This document shows, one piece after another, positions 28,776 to 38,934 of a stretch of 64,000 nt of DNA. Within the stretch, counting starts at the first letter, position 1, and every line of letters starts with the position of its first letter. The translations under genes and the position numbers were made by a program. Location of the stretch: contig NIVC01002388.1 in the NCBI GenBank assembly GCA_002269645.1, positions 1 to 64,000 on the forward strand, given 5' to 3'. A model generated the notes under the pieces. It searched no databases and was not told where the DNA came from. It saw nothing but the letters and a program-made list of their open reading frames with translations. This stretch comes from Macrostomum lignano. Its lineage: Eukaryota.

Positions 28776-29432
28776 CTATTTCTATCAGCTGAGGTACCGA
28801 AATTTAGGACTGAAACTTACATGTTCGCAGGCAAAAATATTTTCCATTGCTGTTGTCACTTAATTAAAATAAATTATAAAGCCCTCTTATCCCTCTTATA
28901 GTCCATGCGTGCGGTAAATTCCAATCTATCTATGTCTATGGCTAAAACCAGAAGAATGCTTTGCCCATAAATCAATGAATCTATCACTATAGGTTCCTTC
29001 GTGCGTAAATAGTCTATGGCTCATAGTCTATGGCCCCCTAAGCTAACGCGCACTCGTGCCAAGACTATTTACGCACTCGAAACCTAGAGATAAATCTACC
29101 ATTTAAGCACTATCTTGCTCGGCCTTTCCATTTATTTCATACATGCCTCCAACCAAACCAACCAGGAAGCTCCATATGAAAAGTTACGACGCAGAACAAG
29201 GTTCAGCAAAAAAGTTCACTTAACGAAACCTGCATATAAAGAAACACACGACAGAAAAGTTTTTGCATGTACGTTTGGACTTCAGTTAGTTACATACTAA
29301 GATAGTTTTTGCTATCTTGGATTAAATTGCTTGCTCGTAGTCTCTACTAGCTTGCAAAATGCTATAGCTCTGCACTGAAATATTCTAGAATGTGCATGAT
29401 TACATCTGTTCCATAAGAGGAATGGAACCCAT

Positions 29433-30248
29433 GATGACAGTTCAATCTGAGGGCTGATGATGCCAGCTCAATCTGAGAGCTGAGGATGCCAGCTCAATCT
29501 GAGAGCTGATGATGCCAGCTCAATCTGAGAGCTGATGATGCCAGCTCAATCTGAGAGCTGAGGATGGCAGCTCAACCTGAGAGCTGAGGATGACAGTTCA
29601 ATCTGAGAGCTGATGATGCCAGCTCAATCTGAGAGCTGATGATGGCAGCTCAATCTGAGAGCTGATGATGGCAGCTCAATCTGAGAGCTGAGGATGGCAG
29701 CTCAATCTGAGAGCTGAGGATGGCAGCTCAACCTGAGAGCTGAGGATGGCAGCTCAATCTGAGAGCTGAGGATGGCAGCTCAACCTGAGAGCTGATGATG
29801 CCAGCTCAATCTGAGAGCTGAGGATGGCAGCTCAATCTGAGAGCTGATGATGGCAGCTCAACCTGAGAGCTGAGGATGGCAGCTCAATCTGAGAGCTGAG
29901 GATGGCAGCTCAATCTGAGAGCTGAGGATGGCAGCTCAACCTGAGAGCTGAGGATGGCAGCTCAATCTGAGAGCTGATGATGCCAGCTCAATCTGAGAGC
30001 TGATGATGGCAGCTCAATCTGAGAGCTGATGATGGCAGCTCAACCTGAGAGCTGATGATGCCAGCTCAATCTGAGAGCTGATGATGGCAGCTCAATCTGA
30101 GAGCTGATGAAGGCAGCTCAATCTGAGAGCTGATGATGCCAGCTCAATCTGAGAGCTGATGATGCCAGCTCAACCTGAGAGCTGATGATGCCAGCTCAAT
30201 CTGAGAGCTGAGGATGGTAGCTCAATCTGAGAGCTGATGATGGCAGCT
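29433..30248. repeat. 26-bp minisatellite (gctcaatctgagagctga(t/g)gatg(g/c)ca)
   Basis: Read directly. Confidence 0.95.
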
Positions 30249-31142
30249 CTATGTGATGGTCGGGAAATTCCCAGTCCTTCAAAGACCAATGATAGGTTTT
30301 AATAATATAGAGCAAAATTCGGTATTAAAATTTCTATTTTAGTGTAAATAAAAGTACATTCTGTCATTCTTACCCATCAGTACATGTTTATTGTTACGGA
30401 ACAACAGAGTTACAGAGAGAACTATATGCGATAAAGCCACTACATAGAAAACTAGGAAATCAGATACCAGCCTGCCAACAAGTGGGCTGAAAAGTTTTAG
30501 AAAAAAAGAAAAATGTGAAGCCAAATAATAGAAAAAACGGACACTACTTCATATCTGTAACTAGCAGCTCGTGAGAGGCAGAGTACACAGGGTTCCGCGG
30601 GACTTGCCGCATAGGAAATGTAATAGTAAATTTAATAGCCAAAGTTTAACTCTGAGTAATAAGCAGTCATATCATAATGCACTATGCGTGTGTTACCCGG
30701 TTCTAATAGAAAAAGCACATAAAAAATCTAGCTAGAAGAAAGAAAAGTGAGAGAGCGCACAGAAACAGTAAAAAGGCACTGCAGACAATCAACATGTCTG
30801 CTTAATATGTTAATAAAAAATGTAATATATTAGCTCAACTGCTCTGTATTAGCCGTGTCTCAATAGTAAATAGCAATTATTATAAAACAAATTAGTAATA
30901 TAGAAACAGGTCATTGCCTGCTTGTGGCCTGTGGATGATTGGTTTATATAGAAAGCTAGAGTTATTATATATGAGTTCTAAGGTTAGAGAAAGCGGTTGG
31001 GAATGAGAATAACAGGGGATTTGACAGAAATCCATTATCAGGACAAAGCCATCAAAACATGGACGTACTTGCACTATGATGCAGCGAAGCTGTAGTTAGA
31101 TTTATGTAGCAGAGAATTTGTTTCAGAGTCATCATCAGAGTC

Positions 31143-31445
31143 TTAATTTATTTGCAGTCTTAATTTATTTGCAGTCTTAATTTATTTGCAGTCTTAATTT
31201 ATTTGCAGTCTTAATTTATTTGCAGTCTTAATTTATTTGCAGTCTTAATTTATTTGCAGTCTTAATTTATTTGCAGTCTTAATTTATTTGCAGTCTTAAT
31301 TTATTTGCAGTCTTAATTTATTTGCAGTCTTAATTTATTTGCAGTCTTAATTTATTTGCAGTCTTAATTTATTTGCAGTCTTAATTTATTTGCAGTCTTA
31401 ATTTATTTGCAGTCTTAATTTATTTGCAGTCTTAATTTATTTGCA
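31143..31445 (+). repeat. 17-bp perfect tandem array (ttaatttatttgcagtc), 17 full copies + 1 partial, abutting the RTE LINE 5' end
   Basis: Read directly; lies between the left TSD candidate and the ORF. Confidence 0.95.
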
Positions 31446-31460
31446 CCACGGTGCAGATAA

Positions 31461-34400
31461 ATGCCGCTACCTCCTCGTGGTCAGAGCGGAGAGCCGCGCT
31501 TAACTGCTGCGGCGGCCAAATGCGGCAGGACCAAGCGAGGGCAGCGGAGCGCCCGTCGGCGTGTTGAGCGCCGGCGTGAGCGGAACCGACGAGGCCGGCT
31601 GCGTGGCGCCGCCCGTCGAGCTGCCGCGCGGGTCCACTCGGATCCTCCGGGTGGCGCCGGGGACCGTGAGGCTCAACTGCATCGAGCCCCAGCCGTACCA
31701 CAGGGCATGCTTCGGGTCGGGACGCTCAACTGCCGCACTCTCAAGGCTGCTTGGCGTAGAGGGGTGCTGGCGAAGCTGGCGTACGACCTGAGCTGCGACA
31801 TCATCTCGCTGCAGGAGGTGTCTATCAAGGCCGACCCGGGACTTCATTGTGAGGACTTGGGCGCCGGGTGGACCCTCTACTATACTTCTGCGGACCAGCG
31901 AGGCCGTGGAGGAGTTGGAGCGCTGATCGGGCCGAGGCTGCAGCAGAGCTGTCGCTGCATCTCCCTGTCCCCCCGGTTGCTTCGGATCGACGTCCGGCTA
32001 CGCGGTCGGAATGCTCGCCTGTTCTGCGCGTACGCGCCCCCTGCCACACGCCCTGACGAGGCTCAAGAGTTTTTCGAGCAGCTCTCAGTGCAGGTAGAGG
32101 CGACGGCGCAGCGTGACACAGCGGTCGCCCTCGGAGACCTGAACGCAGTCCTGCGTAGGTCCGAGAGGTCGCTGTTCGTGACGCCACGCGGGAACAACAA
32201 CACCGAGGCACTAGAGGACTTCCTGGAGAGGCAGGACATGGTGTCGGCCAACACCCGCTTCCGCAAGCCACTGAGCGGTCTCGCAACCTTCGTGGGCTGC
32301 AAGCGGAGGCGACGGAACGCGCGTGGCAGGAACGCAACCCGGAGACAAGCACAGCTCGACCACGTGCTCGTGCGTTTCCGTGAGCGTCGTCGCGCCGTCA
32401 ACTGCCGCACCATCACGCCGCTGGCTCTGCGGTCCGATCACCGGCTCCTCATCTGCGACCTCAACCTTCGCGATCCGCTCTACCGTCCGCCGAAGCGGCC
32501 ACCGCGGCGCTACTACCGCGCGCTCAGAGCCACCGATACGCAGCGTCGCTTTGCTAGCGCCTTTAACACCGCGCTGGGCGACAAGCGTGGAAGTGCCGAG
32601 TATGCGGAAGTGTGCGCTGCAATCAGAACCGCCGCGGAGCAAGCAGTCCCGATGATGCAGCCGGCTCAACGTGGGCAGCCGGTCTGGCAGGACGACCCCG
32701 CGATTCAGGCAGCGAGGGAAGATCTGGAGAAGCTCCGCTTGAGCAGGCGACCAACCCGCGAGGCAGAGGCAGCTCTGGCAGCTGTCTACCTGCAGCGCCA
32801 ACAAGCGGCTGTCGATGACGCCATTCAGGCTGTCTCTGCCGCTGGGCCCGATGCCAGAGGGCGCGTGGCCTGGTCCGCCATCAACGCTCTGACGGGACGA
32901 AAGCGGCGCAATCCGCTGAACCTGGCTGGTGACACGCCGGACGAGCGTAGGAACGAGCTGCGCGAGTTCTTCGCCGCCATCGTCAACGCGCCGCCACCCC
33001 CGCTGCCAGACAGTCTGACGCTGCCGCCGGAGACGCCGCTGCCGGCAGAGGAGAGTTTCAGCGTAGCCCCAGTCAACGCAGCCGACGTTGTCAAGCTCGC
33101 CCAGCAGTCACCGGGCGGGAAAGCGCTGGGTCCGGACGAGGTGCCCATCGAGGCGCTGCGCATCCCCTGTGTGGCCGCTGAGGTCGCCAGAGTGATGAAC
33201 CGCGTGCTCTTCGGTGAGGCGGCGCCCAACGAATGGACCACGGCGCACATCGTCGCTGTTCCAAAGAAGCCGGGCACCACTAGGCTTGAAGACCATCGAG
33301 GCATCTGCCTTCAGTCCTGTGCAGCGAAGCTGTTCAACCGGATGCTGCTTTCGCGGTTGCAGCCCGTGCTGGATCCGTACCTGCGCCCAGAGCAGAACGG
33401 GTTCCGGCCCCATCGCGGCACAGTGGCGCAGATCCTGGCTCTTCGCCGAGTCATCGAGGAGGCGCGGATTCGTCAGTCGATACTGATTTTAATCTTTATT
33501 GATTTCAAGAAGGCATTCGACTCGGTTGTCAGAGCCGTGCTTCCAATGGTGCTCCGCGCGTACAACGTGCCTGAGCAGCTGATCTCCGCCGTCATGGCGA
33601 TGTACCGTGATACGACAGCTGCTGTGACAACACCGGACGGCCTATCGGACTCCTTTGAGACATCCTCCGGAGTGCTTCAGGGAGATACGCTGGCGCCGTT
33701 TCTGTTCGTCCTGGTGCTTGACTGGGTGCTGCGGACTGCTCTTCCTACCGACGACGACGGTTTTCTGCTGCAGCGACGCGTGGGTCGACGTCAACCGGAG
33801 AAGCGGCTCAGCGTGCTTGGCTACGCCGACGACCTCGCCCTGCTGTCCTCGACCGTCGAGGGCGCCCAACGGCAGCTGGACAGGCTGGTTGCCGTTGCGG
33901 CGAGTGTCGGCCTGGTGGTCAACACGCAGAAGACCGTTGTGCTCTGCGTGCCGGACGACATCGAGGCTGCAATATTTTGCCGAGGCGCTGACGGGCAGGC
34001 GACCGAACTCCCGCGATGTCAGCAGTTCGTCTACCTCGGCGGTCTGGTTCCAGACGCTCGCGAGGACCTGCGACGCCGCCGCGGGCTTGCCTGGGCTGCC
34101 TTTCGTTCTGTGAGGGCAGTCCTGCAGTCCGAGGCCCTACCGGACCGCCAGAGGGCGGCGCTGTTCCAGGCGGTAATCGAGACCGTCCTGCTGTACAACG
34201 CCGAGACCTGGACGCTGACGGACTCACTCGAACAGCAAGTCGATGCGGCGCACGCTGGTCTGCTGCGCGCCGCCTTCAACATCGGCGTCGAGCGAGTCAC
34301 CAACGCGGCACTCTATCGCCGCGCTGGCCTGCCACGTCCAAGTGATCTACTGCGCCGTCGGCGACTCCAGCTCGCAGGCCATCTCATCCGCGCCGAGTCG

Positions 34401-34574
34401 TACTGCCCACAGCCGGTGCAGGAGGTGCTGCTGCTCACGCTGCAGGCACCCTACCGGCGAGGTCAAGCGCGAACTCGGCGTTATGTCGACTGTCTGCTGG
34501 CTGACGCCGGCGCCCCGGACACTGCCGGTGGCGCGGCCTTTGTTCGCGCCCAAGCCATGAAGCGCGCCCTGTGA
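31461..34574 (+). CDS. LINE ORF: apurinic-like endonuclease + reverse transcriptase, 1037 aa, uninterrupted
   Basis: APE motifs GTLNCRTL, LQEV, GDLNA, QLDHVLV, SDHRLL; RT motifs GPDEVP, EQNGFR, FIDFKKAFDSV, GVLQGDTLAPFLF, YADDLAL, FVYLG. Confidence 0.95.
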   Translation: MPLPPRGQSGEPRLTAAAAKCGRTKRGQRSARRRVERRRERNRRGRLRGAARRAAARVHSDPPGGAGDREAQLHRAPAVPQGMLRVGTLNCRTLKAAWRRGVLAKLAYDLSCDIISLQEVSIKADPGLHCEDLGAGWTLYYTSADQRGRGGVGALIGPRLQQSCRCISLSPRLLRIDVRLRGRNARLFCAYAPPATRPDEAQEFFEQLSVQVEATAQRDTAVALGDLNAVLRRSERSLFVTPRGNNNTEALEDFLERQDMVSANTRFRKPLSGLATFVGCKRRRRNARGRNATRRQAQLDHVLVRFRERRRAVNCRTITPLALRSDHRLLICDLNLRDPLYRPPKRPPRRYYRALRATDTQRRFASAFNTALGDKRGSAEYAEVCAAIRTAAEQAVPMMQPAQRGQPVWQDDPAIQAAREDLEKLRLSRRPTREAEAALAAVYLQRQQAAVDDAIQAVSAAGPDARGRVAWSAINALTGRKRRNPLNLAGDTPDERRNELREFFAAIVNAPPPPLPDSLTLPPETPLPAEESFSVAPVNAADVVKLAQQSPGGKALGPDEVPIEALRIPCVAAEVARVMNRVLFGEAAPNEWTTAHIVAVPKKPGTTRLEDHRGICLQSCAAKLFNRMLLSRLQPVLDPYLRPEQNGFRPHRGTVAQILALRRVIEEARIRQSILILIFIDFKKAFDSVVRAVLPMVLRAYNVPEQLISAVMAMYRDTTAAVTTPDGLSDSFETSSGVLQGDTLAPFLFVLVLDWVLRTALPTDDDGFLLQRRVGRRQPEKRLSVLGYADDLALLSSTVEGAQRQLDRLVAVAASVGLVVNTQKTVVLCVPDDIEAAIFCRGADGQATELPRCQQFVYLGGLVPDAREDLRRRRGLAWAAFRSVRAVLQSEALPDRQRAALFQAVIETVLLYNAETWTLTDSLEQQVDAAHAGLLRAAFNIGVERVTNAALYRRAGLPRPSDLLRRRRLQLAGHLIRAESYCPQPVQEVLLLTLQAPYRRGQARTRRYVDCLLADAGAPDTAGGAAFVRAQAMKRAL
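31462..31527 (+). ncRNA. HDV-like self-cleaving ribozyme core; P1 5' strand not found
   Basis: P2 ugccgc(31462-67)/gcggca(31522-27); P3 acc/ggu; L3 uccucgu; P1 3' cagagc; P1.1 cc/gg; P4 gccgc/gcggc; J4/2 C31516-caaa. Confidence 0.65.
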
Positions 34575-34854
34575 CGCTGACTTTTACCATCATGACAGCG
34601 TATTTTGTTTTTGTTGTTGTTCAGAGTCGGATCGAATTTCTTCACAAAAAAGAAATGCACAACAAAATATTTTTATTAGTGAGTTTGCAGTAATATGCGC
34701 ACATTAACTACATGAGTGACAAAGAGAGGGCTTGTGGCTAGCTATTGACGCTAATATTGGTGCCATTTGTAACAGTCAACAGAAATAGTAAACTTATATC
34801 CTTTTGCTTAAATTTGATGCCCTGTACTCAAACTCAGCTCCCTTATTGTATTCA

Positions 34855-36190
34855 AATTTAAATCCAGTGCCCCTCTACTCAAATCCAGTGCCCCTATACT
34901 CAAATCCCTATACTCAAATCCAGTGTCCCTATACTCAAATCCCTATACTCAAATCCAGTGTCCCTATACTCAAATCCAGTGTCCCTATACTCAAATTCAG
35001 TGTCCCTATACTCAAATCCAGTGTCCCTATACTCAAATCCAGTGTCCCTATACTCAAATCCAGTGTCCCTATACTCAAATCCAGTGTCCCTATACTCAAA
35101 TTCAGTGTCCCTATACTCAAATCCAGTGTCCCTATACTCAAATTCAGTGTCCCTATACTCAAATTCAGTGTCCCTATACTCAAATCCAGTGTCCCTATAC
35201 TCAAATCCAGTGTCCCTATACTCAAATTCAGTGTCCCTATACTCAAATCCAGTGTCCCTATACTCAAATCCAGTGTCCCTATACTCAAATCCAGTGTCCC
35301 TATACTCAAATCCAGTGTCCCTATACTCAAATCCAGTGTCCCTATACTCAAATCCAGTGTCCCTATACTCAAATTCAGTGTCCCTATACTCAAATTCAGT
35401 GTCCCTATACTCAAATCCAGTGTCCCTATACTCAAATCCAGTGTCCCTATACTCAAATCCAGTGTCCCTATACTCAAATCCAGTGTCCCTATACTCAAAT
35501 TCAGTGTCCCTATACTCAAATTCAGTGTCCCTATACTCAAATCCAGTGTCCCTATACTCAAATCCAGTGTCCCTATACTCAAATTCAGTGTCCCTATACT
35601 CAAATTCAGTGTCCCTATACTCAAATCCAGTGTCCCTATACTCAAATTCAGTGTCCCTATACTCAAATTCAGTGTCCCTATACTCAAATCCAGTGTCCCT
35701 ATACTCAAATCCAGTGTCCCTATACTCAAATCCAGTGTCCCTATACTCAAATCCAGTGTCCCTATACTCAAATCCAGTGTCCCTATACTCAAATCCAGTG
35801 TCCCTATACTCAAATCCAGTGTCCCTATACTCAAATCCAGTGTCCCTATACTCAAATCCAGTGTCCCTATACTCAAATCCAGTGTCCCTATACTCAAATC
35901 CAGTGTCCCTATACTCAAATTCAGTGTCCCTATACTCAAATTCAGTGTCCCTATACTCAAATCCAGTGTCCCTATACTCAAATTCAGTGTCCCTATACTC
36001 AAATTCAGTGTCCCTATACTCAAATCCAGTGTCCCTATACTCAAATCCAGTGTCCCTATACTCAAATCCAGTGTCCCTATACTCAAATCCAGTGTCCCTA
36101 TACTCAAATCCAGTGTCCCTATACTCAAATCCAGTGTCCCTATACTCAAATCCAGTGTCCCTATACTCAAATCCGGTGTCCCTGTACCTG
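34855..36190. repeat. 21-bp minisatellite (at(c/t)cagtgtccctatactcaa), ~60 copies
   Basis: Read directly; source of five spurious >400-aa ORFs. Confidence 0.98.
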
Positions 36191-36574
36191 AACATCGGCA
36201 GCCTACACAGCTGTACTCAAACCCAGGTACTCCAACTAGCTTTAGTGGCACAAAGGTACCGAAGTCACAAGCGGACTTAATATCACTGTTTACAGAACAT
36301 TATGAAGAAAACAACTCTAATTGTATAATAAGCAGTTCAAAAATAATTATGCAAAAGATATTAAAGCCAGAGCAAATGTATACAGGTGAAGGTCAGCGCG
36401 TTCGCCCTCCGACTAATTAGTTAGTGTTATTAAAGTTTAATAATGCCCACATAACAAAATTAATTAACTAACTAAACACGGAACCGCAATATAAAAGTGC
36501 AATGAAAAGTTTTACCTTGCATAATCATCATCACCAAATTATAATCGTGTTTAGTTGATGTTTTGAGAATAGGC

Positions 36575-38934
36575 TCAAATGTTGAGCTGGTCAGATTTGC
36601 CGTTGGCACCAGCGGCCGCGGCGGCGGCGGCGGCGGCCTCAGCCTCGCGGCGGAGACGCTCCTCGCGCATCTTTACCATGGTGTAGGAGAAGGCGCCGGC
36701 CACCACCAGGCAGTTGCTCAGCCACCAGATGGCCGACTTGTGCTCGGAATAGACGAACACGGCCAGCAGGGTCTGCAGCACGGCCTTGGTGTTGTTGCTG
36801 ATGTGGTGCGTGACCGGGCTGGTGTAATCAATCTGCATGTTCGAGGCCCAGCCAATGAGGAAGCTGAGCACCCCAGACGAGGCTAGCAGCAGCAGGAATG
36901 AGAAATCGGTGCCGCGGGAGCTGTAAGCGGCCGAGAATTGTCCGAAACAGATTAGCAACGGCATGAATAGAATCGAGCCGCCAATGTTCATGTAGTAGGT
37001 GACGGCCAGGGCCTGGTTCTTTGAGATCATGTCCAGCAGGCGCTTCGTGAAGATGCCGTTGAGCGACACGAACAGCGAGGTCGACACGCCGTACATGACG
37101 CCAACAGTGGACAGGGTGCCGGCCACTTTCTCTTGATCGACGCCGAGGACGAAGCCGGCGGCCACAATCAGGCAGCAGAGCCACACGGGCAGGGAGGAGA
37201 CCCGGCGCAGCAGGATTGACGAGAAAATCACCGTGAAAATCAGCGTCATGGACCGGGCCACCTGCGGGGACGAGACAGCTCAGTTTGATGGTTCTGCCAC
37301 ACAGCTGCACTAACATTAATAGGATAATCTCAGCCCCACAGAATATAAACACAATAATCTCAGCCACACAGAATATAAACACAAGAATCTCAGCCCCACA
37401 GAATATAAACACAAGAATCTCAGTCACACAGAATATAAACAAAAGAATCTCAGTCATACAGAGTATAAACACAATAATCTCAGCCACACAGAATATAAAC
37501 ACAAGAATCTCAGTCATACAGAGTATAAACAAAAGAATCTCAGTCATACAGAGTATAAACACAATAATCTCAGCCACACAGAATATAAACACAAGAATCT
37601 CAGTCATACAGAGTATAAACAAAAGAATCTCAGTCATACAGAGTATAAACACAATAATCTCAGCCACACAGAATATAAACAAAAGAATCTCAGTCATACA
37701 GAGTATAAACACAAGAATCTCAGCCCCACAGAATATAAACACAAGAATCTCAGCCACACAGAATATAAACACAAGAATCTCAGCCACACAGAATATAAAC
37801 ACAAGAATCTCAGCCACACAGAATATAAACACAAGAATCTCAGCCACACAGAATATAAACACAAGAATCTCAGCCCCACAGAATAAAAACACAAGAATCT
37901 CAGCCCCACATAATATAAACACAAGAATCTCAGCCACACAGAATATAAACACAAGAATCTCAGCCACACATAATATAAACACAAGAATCTCAGCCACACA
38001 TAATATAAACACAAGAATCTCAGCCACACAGAATATAAACACAAGAATCTCAGCCCCACAGAATATAAACATAAGAATCTCAGCCCCACAGAATATAAAC
38101 ACAAGAATCTCAGCCACACAGAATACAAACAAAAGAATCTCAGCCCCACAGAATATAAACACAAGAATCTCAGTCACACAGAATATAAACACAAGAATCT
38201 CAGTCACACAGAATATAAACACAAGAATCTCAGCCACACAGAATATAAACACAAGAATCTCAGTCACACAGAATATAAACACAAGAATCTCAGCCACACA
38301 GAATACAAACACAAGAATCTCAGCCCCACAGAATATAAACACAAGAATCTCAGTCACACAGAATATAAACACAAGAATCTCAGTCACACAGAATATAAAC
38401 ACAAGAATCTCAGCCACACAGAATATAAACACAAGAATCTCAACATAACAGTAAGAATCGAACCCCCGACCTTCAAGTCGTGAGTCCGACGCTCTGACCA
38501 CTAGGCTACAACCCACAGTACAACACAGGTGATAACGCCAGCAGAACAGTGCAGTCAGAAAAGAATCTCACCTGGAAGAAGGCGACGCCCACATACTTCA
38601 AGCAGAGATTATTAAAGGTAAGCATGCCGGTGAACATGCAGGACAGCAACAGGAAATCTCTGTTCAGCAGAATCTCCCTAGACAGTGGCGGCAGCTCAAT
38701 GTCGTGGCCGAGAACCAGACGCCGAAATGCCACAAGCGCCACGACCACTAGCACGGTGGACACACACTGGGCCCAGGCTACAAACAGGGACACGTCCAGC
38801 TTATTGGACAGTTTATCTCCGACCAGATATTTGTTGGCGAACACCATGGAGATGGACACTGTCCAGTAGGTGAGGATGACGCCAACTATTTTTATTGGCG
38901 GATGCGACTTTTCACTTGGCATGGCAGCGGGCAT
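36575..38934 (-). CDS. SLC35C1: GDP-fucose transporter (SLC35C1-like). Exons 38934-38572 and 37261-36575; 349 aa
   Basis: YWTVSISMVFANKYL, FNNLCLKYVGVAFFQ|VARSMTLIFTV, SPVTHHISNNTKAVLQT; CAG|gtgaga...ccgcag|GTG in phase 0. Confidence 0.9.
37315..38443. repeat. 30-bp minisatellite (cacagaatataaacacaagaatctcagcca) filling the SLC35C1 intron
   Basis: Read directly; source of the NINTRISATQ ORFs. Confidence 0.97.
38450..38515 (-). mobile_element. tRNA-derived SINE head (family B), truncated just after the B box
   Basis: Minus strand gggttgtagcctagtggtcagagcgtcggactcacgacttgaaggtcgggggttcgattc; matches 11160-11221. Confidence 0.7.

Larger units (their letters stand above)
31143..34619 (+). mobile_element. 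RTE-type non-LTR retrotransposon, near full length
   Basis: Single ORF, 46-nt 3' UTR with a (TTG)n tail; TSD candidate (t)tcagagtc at 31122-31130 or 31135-31142 and at 34620-34628. Confidence 0.85.

Noticed and set aside
29433-30248. CTGATGA and CTGA in each 26-bp unit, resembling a hammerhead core or box C/D motifs
   Set aside because: There is no GAAA half or three-stem junction, box C lacks the purine, and there are no guide regions; treated as an ordinary minisatellite.
30841-30846. gctctg as the missing ribozyme P1 5' strand
   Set aside because: It lies ~620 nt upstream and outside the putative TSD; a 6-mer match is expected by chance.
26248-31445. Regular repeats as a possible CRISPR array
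   Set aside because: Eukaryotic context, head-to-tail units without unique spacers, and no cas genes.
31500-34560. Many overlapping antisense and alternative-frame ORFs in the LINE and other GC-rich exons
   Set aside because: Expected shadow ORFs of high-GC coding sequence.
34804-36420. Five 420-540-aa repetitive ORFs
   Set aside because: Stop-free 21-bp minisatellite with no coding context.
36828-38516. 562-aa hydrophobic and 387-aa LRR-looking ORFs
   Set aside because: They come from a 30-bp array in the SLC35C1 intron.
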